A DNA stretch of 30,943 nucleotides, from positions 1 to 30,943 of IMG/VR virus record IMGVR_UViG_3300027818_000004; one strand, given 5' to 3'. The notes under the pieces were generated by a model that was given only the letters and a program-made list of their open reading frames with translations, was not told the origin of the DNA and made no database searches. The stretch is from a virus. Its lineage: Duplodnaviria > Caudoviricetes. Position numbers and translations under genes: made by a program. This document shows, in pieces, positions 1-8,844 of this stretch; the first letter of the stretch is position 1; every line of letters starts with the position of its first letter.

Positions 1-131
1 TCGGCGTCTTCTGGCGGACACTCTACCTTGTCTTGAAAGCACTTTTTTTCACAGCAGTAATAAACTCTACCGTCCTCCTGATAACAACCAACCTTTTCTT
101 CATTTCGGACATCCACAAAAATCAGTTTCAT
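1..131 (-). CDS. Small Cys-rich hypothetical protein, truncated by the window edge (MKLIFVDVRNEEKVGCYQEDGRVYYCCEKKCFQDKVECPPEDA...)
   Basis: Manually translated. ATG at 131 is preceded by a strong SD (GAAAGGAGG). Frame is open to position 1. Confidence 0.6.
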   Translation of the reverse strand, partial: MKLIFVDVRNEEKVGCYQEDGRVYYCCEKKCFQDKVECPPEDA

Positions 132-255
132 TTTGCCTCCTTTCTCGTTCTTCTTTAATTAACCTAAAACATTTCGGGCAAAAAGTTTTTATAATCATTC
201 CTTTCGGATTGCCCCACTTCTTCTCGCACACAATACAGTGAAAGTAAAGTTTCAT
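100..255 (-). CDS. 51-aa zinc-ribbon-like hypothetical protein (CIVC...CPKC)
   Basis: Manually translated: MKLYFHCIVCEKKWGNPKGMIIKTFCPKCFRLIKEERERRQNETDFCGCPK. SD AAGGAGG upstream. Below the ORF-track size cutoff. Confidence 0.6.
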   Translation of the reverse strand: MKLYFHCIVCEKKWGNPKGMIIKTFCPKCFRLIKEERERRQNETDFCGCPK

Positions 256-340
256 TTCGTCCTCCTTGACAATAGGTTGACAATCTAATTCTCCTTACTT
301 GACATTAGTTTTACAAAGAACTTTATTTTTTAATCCAATC

Positions 341-583
341 CTACTCTCCCCTAATCCAAGCGCGGATTGAATAGCAAGCACCGATTATAATACCTACTCC
401 AATAACTATCTTCACAACACAACTTCCAATAAAGCCTGTGATTTGCCACGCTTGTTTTAAGTTGTTTATTTCTTTTATCGTTGGAAGCACCGCATCCAAC
501 TTTTGGTTCATTTCGTCCAAGATAGGCTTGATGTTTTTTCTAAAACATTTGTCCTGCTTGCTCGCACATTCGTTTTCAGTCAT
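341..583 (-). CDS. Small membrane protein with N-terminal coiled coil and C-terminal TM; holin/XhlA-like lysis-associated
   Basis: Amphipathic N-half and hydrophobic C-terminal segment. ATGA overlap with the upstream gene. Lies after the tail fibre gene. Confidence 0.55.
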   Translation of the reverse strand: MTENECASKQDKCFRKNIKPILDEMNQKLDAVLPTIKEINNLKQAWQITGFIGSCVVKIVIGVGIIIGACYSIRAWIRGE

Positions 584-759
584 AGATATTTTGTGTTAAT
601 ATGTTTCGTTAACATATTCAATCCTGCGATCAGCACTGGAGCATACGCCCAATTTAAATCGCTACAATACAAGATGGCTAAAGCGATTATTCCGTTGGCT
701 GTTCCCCAATAAAATGTTTTCGCCTGATTACTAGTTAAAACTTTTTTTAATTTTTTCAT
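580..759 (-). CDS. Putative holin (59 aa, two hydrophobic segments, basic ends); likely start MKKLKK at 759
   Basis: Hydrophobicity pattern and position. ATG follows the A-rich leader used by other genes here. Confidence 0.55.
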   Translation of the reverse strand: MKKLKKVLTSNQAKTFYWGTANGIIALAILYCSDLNWAYAPVLIAGLNMLTKHINTKYL

Positions 760-774
760 AATTTTTTTTAGCAG

Positions 775-833
775 ACTTAATTGACTAGCCAAACAAAAGT
801 AGGGGGGCTAAATATTTGGCTAGTTAATTAAGT
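775..833 (-). other. Long intergenic inverted repeat (19-bp arms, 1 mismatch) between tail fibre and lysis genes
   Basis: 775-793 acttaattgactagccaaa versus 815-833 tttggctagttaattaagt. Confidence 0.75.
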
Positions 834-1529
834 TTTCTGAATAAGAACAGTCGCCCGATAGGGGTTTAATACAGACTGGCTCGCACTTAACGCTGATCCC
901 GTGTTGCCTGTTCCAGCTGAGCCAGTTGCTCCTCCGTGACTATGATTTACAGTAGCATTATCGCTAGTATTATCACTTGGAGCCCCTGTATTACCAGAAT
1001 AAGTATGTGAGTGAGTTACCCCTAAGCTATCTTCTTCGTTTGGGTTACCTACTTGCTGATTACAACCAACAGTAGAAGTCGTGCCTGAATATCCGTGTGT
1101 ATGATTTTTCATCCAGTGGTTGTGAACTATGGAGTCATTAGCTATTGAATGCGTATGCGAGGGACCTGTGTGAGTGTGAGCGATATTGATAGTCGCACTT
1201 CCGCCCGTGTCGGCTGTATCATAAGTCCCCCCGCTATCTTGCCCAGGGCAAATCACAAATTTATTTCTCATATCAATCGTGCCATCGCTTCCGTTGCAAA
1301 AAGCATATCCGCTAGGAACCGCTGAAATTAAACCGCTCCACAAAATAATTCCGCCAACTGGAACTAACCCCCAATCGGTATTTATGTCCGCAGGCACAAT
1401 TAAAGTTCCGTCAGCGTCCTGATGATGAGCCCCCTTAATCTCATCTAACACATCGTCAAAGTTTTGATTAACTTCATCGGGATCAATCGTTGTTCCGTTT
1501 GTAAAAGTATAAGATTTTGTAATTGCCAT
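828..1529 (-). CDS. Tail fibre/spike protein with tail-collar domain and HxH-repeat needle
   Basis: Collar motif PVGGIILWSG...PSGYAFCNG...DMRNKFV, followed by six HxH motifs (HTH, HTH, HNH, HTH, HSH, HSH) as in T4 gp12/gp37 tips. Confidence 0.8.
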   Translation of the reverse strand: MAITKSYTFTNGTTIDPDEVNQNFDDVLDEIKGAHHQDADGTLIVPADINTDWGLVPVGGIILWSGLISAVPSGYAFCNGSDGTIDMRNKFVICPGQDSGGTYDTADTGGSATINIAHTHTGPSHTHSIANDSIVHNHWMKNHTHGYSGTTSTVGCNQQVGNPNEEDSLGVTHSHTYSGNTGAPSDNTSDNATVNHSHGGATGSAGTGNTGSALSASQSVLNPYRATVLIQKT

Positions 1530-1530
1530 G

Positions 1531-1857
1531 CTAGTTCTTTTTAAATAGAGAGCCCCCCCTATCTTCTATTAAATTATATTTTAAATCAGTAATTCTTTTT
1601 AACTGTTTGTTTTTTACATCTTCATCTAACGCTTTCGTTTTTATTCTGTTTATTCTGTCTTTATTTATTTTTGAAAATAAGTCATCCGCTTGTTTTTCGG
1701 TTAAACTTTTTTTAGCATTTTTACTAACCGCAATTCTCATTTTACTCCCGTCATTCAATTTAAAAAATATCTCGGAGTAATTAACTCTTTGAAAAATTCC
1801 TTTTGGAGTAATTTTTAAAATTGTTTCGCCCGTTATCGGACACTTTAAATAATTCAT
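1531..1857 (-). CDS. Hypothetical basic protein (108 aa) in the tail-tip module
   Basis: TAATG coupling to the upstream gene. No recognisable motif beyond an N-terminal CPITGE. Confidence 0.65.
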   Translation of the reverse strand: MNYLKCPITGETILKITPKGIFQRVNYSEIFFKLNDGSKMRIAVSKNAKKSLTEKQADDLFSKINKDRINRIKTKALDEDVKNKQLKRITDLKYNLIEDRGGSLFKKN

Positions 1858-3746
1858 TAAGTTGGTGCGTCGGGATTATTAACTGTCGCTTGCGATTCAA
1901 GTCTTCGCCTTAACTCATTAATACCCCTTGTTATTGTCGGAAGCATAGAGCTCACTTCTATTTTAATATAGTCTGGTATATAGTCAACCTTTATAATATT
2001 CACACTAACCGCAGTCACATTCGCAATATCATATCCCCAAACATCCGTCCCCCATATCGCACTGCCCCACTGGGTATAAGTTTTCTTTGAGAGAAAATTT
2101 AAAACATTAACCGTGTCGCCAGGGTGGATTGATTCAATATCATAGCCCATCCCATTTCCTTCAATAAAATCATCTTCAAATATCTCAGTAATTTCATTTT
2201 GTGTTAAAGCCTTATTGTAGATTTTAACTTCGTCAATTTTTCCATCAAAATAACTTCCCGACGGGGTATCTCCCGAAGTCGCTTCTATCCCTATCCCCAT
2301 TGCGTTTTCATATTTATAATAAATCGGATAAGTTGCTCCAGCATCTACTGTAGATTGCAAAGCTCCGTCCACATACAATTTTGAATATCTTCCATCGCAA
2401 GTAACAAAAAAGTGGTGCCACCCTACTGATAAATTTGCAAGGGCATATTGAGGATTTTTGTATGCACCATTAAGAAAAATAAACCCTCTAATATAACCAC
2501 TGACACATTGTAATAAATAACCCCCCGATTCTGTTTTTGAAATAATTGACCTAGCAGTTGCTTCCGTCCAGTTTGAACGATATGCCCAACAACCAAAAGA
2601 TAATTCCTCAGTCGGAGCAAGTTTGTCATCGTAAGCGACAACAACCTTATCACTTGTGCCATTAAAACTTAAAGCATACCCGTCTTTACCACCCACATAA
2701 GTAGCTCCCGTTATTGTTCCATTTAATCCGTTTTGAGAATCAACCGCTTCCGTTCCTGAACCCTCATCAAATTTATAATGAGCGATTAAAGAGGTATCTC
2801 TTATTTTTTCAGCAGTATTATTATCAACTATCGTAATCTGCGTTCTAACCTCTGGCTCGTCCTGTCTATCAAGCACCGCATCGGCGAAGGCTTGCATTGT
2901 ATCCGCATCCGTTAGGCGGTTATCCTCTATCCAAATAACTTTTCTCCCATAAGCGGTTATGCTTGCGGATCTGTCATATTTTCTAAAATGATTTTCTCCG
3001 GAGTTATCCCCTCCCGTTACATAGCAAACATTTTTAACATTTTCAATTCTTTTATACGGCTTGATTTCCTGAATGTCCCTGCCCACATAAAAAGTATGCT
3101 CTGAAGTAATGGAAAACTGGTGTAAATGAATTATATTATTTTCATCCAAATACCAATACCAATTAGCTGGACACATCGCAACAATTTTTTCAATCGCTTC
3201 CAAAATTGAAACTGACTTAAAAATATAGCTAACTGATAAACTTGTGTCGTCAATGCTATCCACCGCATAATTTATTTTTCCATAAACTCCCGTAATGTCA
3301 TTATACTTATCAATCACATCTTTTAAAATATCACTTGGATCTTGGCTGGCGTATTCAACTGTCGTGTTATTAAGTGTCGGCGTTTCATTTATCCCCGTCC
3401 CGTTATCTAATAATTCAACGCCTGATAACTCCTGAACATATCCTAATACATTTACCTCAATATACTCATCGTTTTTTTCCAAAACGGGGGTATACCCTGA
3501 AATAAATCCATTGAAAACAATTACTCCGTCATTCGTATCGGTGTCAAAACATCTTATAATAACTTGATTGTTAAAAGTAACATCATCACTTTCCCCAAAA
3601 TCGTCTGCCAATCTTGCCAACACAATCTTGCATTCTCCTAATCCGCCATTTATATTTTTTGAAAAACTCGGCTCGCTGATAACATCGCTCCACGTTGTTA
3701 TATAAGTTCCGTCTGATTCATACACATCATATTTATATCTTTTCAT
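1857..3746 (-). CDS. Tal/baseplate-hub-like tail tip protein with an inserted LamG/concanavalin-A-like domain
   Basis: Position after Dit and hub-like N-part. LamG signatures LIAHYKFDEGSG...WHHFFVT...LYVDG...FDGKIDEVKIYNKALT. Confidence 0.8.
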   Translation of the reverse strand: MKRYKYDVYESDGTYITTWSDVISEPSFSKNINGGLGECKIVLARLADDFGESDDVTFNNQVIIRCFDTDTNDGVIVFNGFISGYTPVLEKNDEYIEVNVLGYVQELSGVELLDNGTGINETPTLNNTTVEYASQDPSDILKDVIDKYNDITGVYGKINYAVDSIDDTSLSVSYIFKSVSILEAIEKIVAMCPANWYWYLDENNIIHLHQFSITSEHTFYVGRDIQEIKPYKRIENVKNVCYVTGGDNSGENHFRKYDRSASITAYGRKVIWIEDNRLTDADTMQAFADAVLDRQDEPEVRTQITIVDNNTAEKIRDTSLIAHYKFDEGSGTEAVDSQNGLNGTITGATYVGGKDGYALSFNGTSDKVVVAYDDKLAPTEELSFGCWAYRSNWTEATARSIISKTESGGYLLQCVSGYIRGFIFLNGAYKNPQYALANLSVGWHHFFVTCDGRYSKLYVDGALQSTVDAGATYPIYYKYENAMGIGIEATSGDTPSGSYFDGKIDEVKIYNKALTQNEITEIFEDDFIEGNGMGYDIESIHPGDTVNVLNFLSKKTYTQWGSAIWGTDVWGYDIANVTAVSVNIIKVDYIPDYIKIEVSSMLPTITRGINELRRRLESQATVNNPDAPT

Positions 3747-3749
3747 AAA

Positions 3750-4514
3750 CTAAAAATAGCGTTTCTTATAACTAAACTCTATGTCAACCTGTCTTGCGTC
3801 AAGATCATCCGAATACTCCCAATTATTATCGCCAGGCAACCACTCGGGCATAATCCCCAAATATTCAACAACTGTCCCGTTCTTTGTAATTTTCTTTTCT
3901 CGGGTAGATATAATAATAACATCGTCTTCCGCCCAATCATCAACAGTCACCTTTACATAATCAAGGTTTCCTAAGTTTTTAATCTGAATATACTTATCTC
4001 CCGTCCCCGTAAAAGTATCAATCGTGATTGTAATGTCGGGCTGGGCGGGAGCTGTCCCGCCAATTTCAATATCATCTTCATATGGGCTAGTTGTTTTATC
4101 CGCAAATGTTTCTGTCGTGTCAGCAGTATCCTCGCCAAACGCTTTATAGCAAGTAAATTCTAATTTTAATCTTGCCCAGGTGTTTTTCCGTTCCTCTATC
4201 CCAACTACTCTACCCGTGCTAACATATCTCCTTGTGCCACTCGCATATTCAATATCAAGGTTTTTATCAACCGCCTCAATCGTTTGTCTGACTGTATCCA
4301 ATCGGCTGTCAAGATTGTCTCTTGAAGTATCCTTTACAATTAAGCTGGCTGTTATTTTTTTAGTATTATAATTTTTTCGTAAAACAACGCTGTCGTTAGT
4401 CCTCGCTAATTTTTGCACATTCAAATCTTGATCAGCCACGCTATCGTGATTGCTTTCAATAATCCAATAATTTGTTTTGTCGTTTAAATTTAAACTGTTA
4501 AATGTGTAATCCAT
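3750..4514 (-). CDS. Distal tail protein (Dit)
   Basis: Immediately after the tape measure gene, 254 aa. Typical ...GTAPAQP..., L.PG.N and terminal YKKRYF. Confidence 0.8.
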   Translation of the reverse strand: MDYTFNSLNLNDKTNYWIIESNHDSVADQDLNVQKLARTNDSVVLRKNYNTKKITASLIVKDTSRDNLDSRLDTVRQTIEAVDKNLDIEYASGTRRYVSTGRVVGIEERKNTWARLKLEFTCYKAFGEDTADTTETFADKTTSPYEDDIEIGGTAPAQPDITITIDTFTGTGDKYIQIKNLGNLDYVKVTVDDWAEDDVIIISTREKKITKNGTVVEYLGIMPEWLPGDNNWEYSDDLDARQVDIEFSYKKRYF

Positions 4515-4530
4515 TCTTTTTTTTAAAAAA

Positions 4531-6357
4531 TTAAGCTAACCCCCATTGTGCCTTTTCTTGCTCTCGGGATAACACTCCTTTTATTTTTTCTACCAACAAA
4601 TCAACACTCTGGTCATTATAGTAATGCTGTTCGCCATTTATATTTATCGTAATCCCGCCTCCCGCTGTTCCTCCCGCATAGGGATTATACCTTGCGGGGA
4701 TTATCGCCTCGCCTTTATGTATCATCGCTAAAGTATCATTCGGAACAAAGTTGGTTCCCGTGGCAAGCGTTGGCATATAACTCATTAAATCCGATGGCTT
4801 AATTTTACCCATCTTCCCAATATCAACTCCAGGCAATTTATTTATTCCCGCTATTAATTCATTTAACAAATCAATCGCCCCATTAACCATAGCAGCCAAA
4901 GCTCCAATAATAGATTCAAAAATTCCCGCCCCAATATTGTAAATACCCTTAAAAACTTTTTCAAATGTATCCTTTACATCTTCCCACGCCTTTTTCCAAT
5001 TTCCCGTAAAGATATCTATTCCGATTTTTATTGAACCTGATAATAAAGCCCAAGCCACTTTAAAAACATTATATATAACTTGCCAAACGCCTTGAAAAAT
5101 AACCTTGATAGCGTCCCAGTTTTCTTTCCAAAGCTTTACCGCCTTATTTAATCCCTCTTTAAATTCTTTCCACCATGGAACAAGATATTCATTATAAAAT
5201 CCAACAACCGCCCGCATAACTGCTTGTGTTTTGTCTTGTATCCCTCCCCAATTTTCTGTCCATATTCTATACAATAATCCCGCAGTCACTCCAACAGCTG
5301 TCATAATTAAAATTATCGGAGTAATAGCGGCAATAACTGAAATAGCCCAAGCTCCAAACACTAAAGTTAAAACAGTAATCACACCAACTATTGTCGCTTT
5401 TCTGTTTTCCATTTCATCAAAAAATTCTTTTAATTTTAAATATACGGGTTTTAAGTGGTTTAACGCTTGTCCGCTAAAGTCCATAAGTTTCTTAAACCAT
5501 TCCGCCAAAGTTTCTCCCCACCTCTTAAAGGTTTCCCCATTATTTTCAACCCAATCAGACATTCGGTGGATAGCTTCGGAAATTTTATCAATAATTACTA
5601 TTAAGGTTGGCTCAAATGCTTTTCCAACTTGTGCGATAAAGTCCGGGATAACACGCCCAGTTAACGAACGGTATCTTTTACTAACAGATTCCATGGCAGC
5701 GTCATAAGTTCCGGCGACATTCTCTCCTTGCTTAAAAATTACATTTAAGAATGCTTGTTTTTTTTCTGTTTCAGTTAAGTCATCCCCCGCTTTATTAATT
5801 GTTTCCCCATATTCATCATAAATATCATCAAGGTTTTTAATAATTCCAAATTGCCTTAATGCCATATTGGATTGCGAGGAAACAGCTTCAATTAAAACCT
5901 TTGTAGCTTCGGAAGAGTCCATAGCACCAATAACAGCCAAATCTTTTGCGACATTTCCAAGTTTAACTGCATCATTTAAGTCAAGCTGAGCCTGCATAAA
6001 GAGGTTCGTAATTTCCAATGCCTGCTTATGTGCGATATTAAAATTTCTTAACTGATCTACAGTTCCCTGTGCTTTTTCAATACCAACATCATTAGCCTTA
6101 GCGACAGCCCCTAAAACAAGCTCAAGCTCACTTATTCTCGCAGAAGCCATCCCCGCTTTCGCTCCAAAAGCACCAAGAGCAACAGCACCACCCGTAATTA
6201 CTCCAGCAACAATTTTTCCAGCGTTCGCCATTGAATTGAAGCCTGAAGATAATTTACTACTAAAAGAATTAGCATTATTGCTAGCAGAGTTTAATTTATT
6301 GGAAAACTCATCCTTTAGTCTTAATATTATATCTAATTGACTTTGCTCATTTGCCAT
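4531..6357 (-). CDS. Tape measure protein (608 aa)
   Basis: N-terminal LDIILRLKDEFS, Ala/Gly-rich helices, periodic W/F repeats, C-terminal LATGTNFVP...AMIHKGEAIIP. Follows the chaperone pair. Confidence 0.92.
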   Translation of the reverse strand: MANEQSQLDIILRLKDEFSNKLNSASNNANSFSSKLSSGFNSMANAGKIVAGVITGGAVALGAFGAKAGMASARISELELVLGAVAKANDVGIEKAQGTVDQLRNFNIAHKQALEITNLFMQAQLDLNDAVKLGNVAKDLAVIGAMDSSEATKVLIEAVSSQSNMALRQFGIIKNLDDIYDEYGETINKAGDDLTETEKKQAFLNVIFKQGENVAGTYDAAMESVSKRYRSLTGRVIPDFIAQVGKAFEPTLIVIIDKISEAIHRMSDWVENNGETFKRWGETLAEWFKKLMDFSGQALNHLKPVYLKLKEFFDEMENRKATIVGVITVLTLVFGAWAISVIAAITPIILIMTAVGVTAGLLYRIWTENWGGIQDKTQAVMRAVVGFYNEYLVPWWKEFKEGLNKAVKLWKENWDAIKVIFQGVWQVIYNVFKVAWALLSGSIKIGIDIFTGNWKKAWEDVKDTFEKVFKGIYNIGAGIFESIIGALAAMVNGAIDLLNELIAGINKLPGVDIGKMGKIKPSDLMSYMPTLATGTNFVPNDTLAMIHKGEAIIPARYNPYAGGTAGGGITININGEQHYYNDQSVDLLVEKIKGVLSREQEKAQWGLA

Positions 6358-6564
6358 TTTTTTTATTTAATGCTTTTTTAACTAAAATTTCAGCTTCAAT
6401 GCAATCAAGCACTTCATCTATAAAAAATGAAGGTTGGGACATATATGTAAAATAATCCCAACCCATTTTCTTGCAGATAAAATATCTTATATATTCTTTT
6501 GAAACAATTCCGCTATTGGGAGTTAACAATGCTTTTATGATTTTACCTTTGTCGGTTTTTTTTT
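6347..6564 (-). CDS. Tail assembly chaperone C-terminal (gpT-like) segment, probably expressed via -1 frameshift
   Basis: The -1 frame is open from the A9 run (6556-6564) through TDKGKIIKALLTPNSG... to the stop at 6347. Only a TTG start of its own. Confidence 0.75.
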
Positions 6565-6927
6565 ACTCATTTCATTAATTGCCGAAGTTAAGACGGTTCC
6601 ATCATTTTCATCTAAGAAATCATTTAATCCGTCGGGAGTTGATTCATATTCCTTACCGTCAACATCAATCAATTTCTTTACTGCAAATTCCCTAGCTAAT
6701 CTATCGGCTTTTGACATTTCGGATAAATCAAACTCTATATCATTTAACAATTCAGCTCTACCCTTATCACTTTTATTAGCTTCATTTATTTTTCCAACAG
6801 ATAGTTTTTTACCTTTCAATAAAACTGATTGTAGTTCTTCAACTTCATTTTTGGAAAAATAAGAAATAATCTCAACCTTTTTCCCACTCGGCAAATCAAT
6901 TATTTTAGTTGGTCTTTTATATTCCAT
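6535..6927 (-). CDS. Tail assembly chaperone (gpG-like)
   Basis: Lies between the tail tube and TMP genes. Ends in KKK encoded by slippery AAAAAAAAA. Confidence 0.8.
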   Translation of the reverse strand: MEYKRPTKIIDLPSGKKVEIISYFSKNEVEELQSVLLKGKKLSVGKINEANKSDKGRAELLNDIEFDLSEMSKADRLAREFAVKKLIDVDGKEYESTPDGLNDFLDENDGTVLTSAINEMSKKKPTKVKS

Positions 6928-6984
6928 ATTTTGTGTTTTAAGCGTTTATTTTGATTAGGTGGTGTAGTTGTGCCTCTAACTGAC

Positions 6985-7020
6985 AAAAACCTCGCAGAGA
7001 CGATTAGGTAGCGTCTCAGG
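6985..7020 (-). terminator. Putative intrinsic terminator or stabilising hairpin after the major tail gene
   Basis: Minus strand: CCT-GAGACG-(9 nt)-CGTCTC-TGCG-AGG followed by TTTTT. Confidence 0.5.
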
Positions 7021-7028
7021 TGTGTTTA

Positions 7029-8234
7029 CTAGTAGTCTGTCCCCGCTGTTTCGTTAACTAATGTAATTTCAACCGCCTTGCTCGCTGTATCGTCATATTC
7101 AACATTAAATTCCGTTTCATCAAAAACATATTCTCCGACCTGTATTTTATTATCAACCTTATTTGGCTTTACATTATACAGTTTAATCGTTAAAGCTGAA
7201 TAGGTATCGCTGTCGTTAATTTCATCGCCCGTTATAATAATCGTTATCGCCTTTTTAGCAATATCATTCCATTGCTGTATATCTTCGGCGGTTTCAAATA
7301 ATTTTTTAATCTTGACAGAAGCATCGGGTATCCCAAGTAATAATAAAGGATTATTGTCTCCGCTAGCATGGTGTTCTTGTATCTGATTATCAAATTCAAA
7401 AGTCAATTCATCAACTGGCGTAGCTGTCGCATAAGCTCCCGCAGCTGAAGTGGAGGCTGTTTCATTTGCTCCAATTCCCACAAGCATTTGTCCGAATCTA
7501 AATGGTCTCTTTAAAGATGAATAGCTAGGAGTTTGTTCTTTTAAAGTTATCAAAGCACCCGCACTAGCAGTCACAGTCGTAGAAGCACAAGTGATTGACT
7601 TATAATCAGCAGCCACAGTCGCCACTGTAACATTCGTTGCAACTCCACTTGCCCAAGTCTGAATAACATCGCCAGCTACTAATCCTTTACAAGGTTCGGG
7701 ATCAAATTCCTCATCAAACTCAACCGTAGTCATTCCCGCCCCCGTTAAAGCAGTCTTTAAAGTCCCGTAATTAAATTTAGCCCTTGAGACTAATTCGGCT
7801 TCCAGTATCAACTTTCCATCTTCAAATGAAAAATTTAATTTTGTCGCCTGAACGCCTACAAATCTATGAACATAATTTCCTTTCAATATATCCACAGTGT
7901 AATAATCCGTGCTGTCGGCGTCAACAGTGAAGGGATGAGTATATCCGTCTGTGTCTCCCGTTGTTGATCCTTTTAACATCGCCATATTTAAAAAGTGTCC
8001 GAGATTATCGGGATCAGCATTTATTTTAATCTTACCTTTATTACTTCGGTTTCCCTGTAAAATTAAATTTGATTTCCAGTTTATACCAACAATTTGCTCA
8101 ACCCTTTCATTGTTCGGATCGCTGGTCAAGTCTTCTTCTAGTAGTGGAATAAATACATCGGGGATAACCGCTGTATCCTGATCAGTCTGCACCCCGATTG
8201 CTAAATATCCACTGTCTCCTTTAAAATAACTCAT
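7029..8234 (-). CDS. Major tail tube protein with an internal accessory domain
   Basis: Synteny (after tail terminator, before chaperones). Motifs GYLAIG, YTHPFT, ITLVN...Y. Central Thr/Ala-rich insert (GLVAGDVIQ). Confidence 0.82.
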   Translation of the reverse strand: MSYFKGDSGYLAIGVQTDQDTAVIPDVFIPLLEEDLTSDPNNERVEQIVGINWKSNLILQGNRSNKGKIKINADPDNLGHFLNMAMLKGSTTGDTDGYTHPFTVDADSTDYYTVDILKGNYVHRFVGVQATKLNFSFEDGKLILEAELVSRAKFNYGTLKTALTGAGMTTVEFDEEFDPEPCKGLVAGDVIQTWASGVATNVTVATVAADYKSITCASTTVTASAGALITLKEQTPSYSSLKRPFRFGQMLVGIGANETASTSAAGAYATATPVDELTFEFDNQIQEHHASGDNNPLLLLGIPDASVKIKKLFETAEDIQQWNDIAKKAITIIITGDEINDSDTYSALTIKLYNVKPNKVDNKIQVGEYVFDETEFNVEYDDTASKAVEITLVNETAGTDY

Positions 8235-8392
8235 TTCTTTATTGTTTTATTAGCTTTAATTATTTTTTCTTCAACGACCTTTATAAAATTTTTATTTTTT
8301 ATTTCAATTTCAGAATTAACCTCGCTATCCTTTTTCACTAAACCATATCCCCTAAGAAATAAATCCTTTCCCGCAATGTTTTTGTATTTCAT
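8231..8392 (-). CDS. 53-aa hypothetical protein (MKYKNIAGKDLFLRGYGLVKKDSEV...)
   Basis: Manually translated. Fills the gap, and its TGA overlaps the tail tube ATG (ATGA). Confidence 0.7.
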   Translation of the reverse strand: MKYKNIAGKDLFLRGYGLVKKDSEVNSEIEIKNKNFIKVVEEKIIKANKTIKK

Positions 8393-8409
8393 AATAATTA
8401 TTTTAAAAA

Positions 8410-8844
8410 TTAATTCCTATCTACAAAATCTTTTATCGTTATTGTAAATTCCGCAAAGACAAATGGCTCTTCCAATATTATATCATAAAAATTAACGGGT
8501 GCAACTTCTAAAGACATACAAGTCCCCCCTAATGTCGGATCTTCATCAAAAGCAGTCATTACGCTATCAACAGTTTCATCCATTAACGCTTCTATCTCCT
8601 CATGCGTCGCTTGCCCCTTGTATTCGTAAATTAAAAGTAAAGTATATTGCCATTGTCTTTCGTTTTCGTGAGTGCTTTCAACTTTTCCCTCGCTGGCTTT
8701 TTTATAAAATTCGGCAGTCGGGTATCCACTGAATTCTTTTTTATGCCCGTATCGCACTTCTTTGAAAAGTAAAACTCCCTCACTTTCTTCTAGTGCTTCC
8801 AGTTTTGATTTTATCAACGGCGAATAAGTAGCAAATTTTGACAT
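8410..8844 (-). CDS. Tail terminator / tail completion protein
   Basis: Synteny, acidic 144 aa, motifs YP and DPTLGG. Confidence 0.75.
   Translation of the reverse strand: MSKFATYSPLIKSKLEALEESEGVLLFKEVRYGHKKEFSGYPTAEFYKKASEGKVESTHENERQWQYTLLLIYEYKGQATHEEIEALMDETVDSVMTAFDEDPTLGGTCMSLEVAPVNFYDIILEEPFVFAEFTITIKDFVDRN

Noticed and set aside
266-330. Three TTGACA hexamers as plus-strand promoters
   Set aside because: None has a convincing -10 at 16-18 nt spacing, and no plus-strand gene follows.
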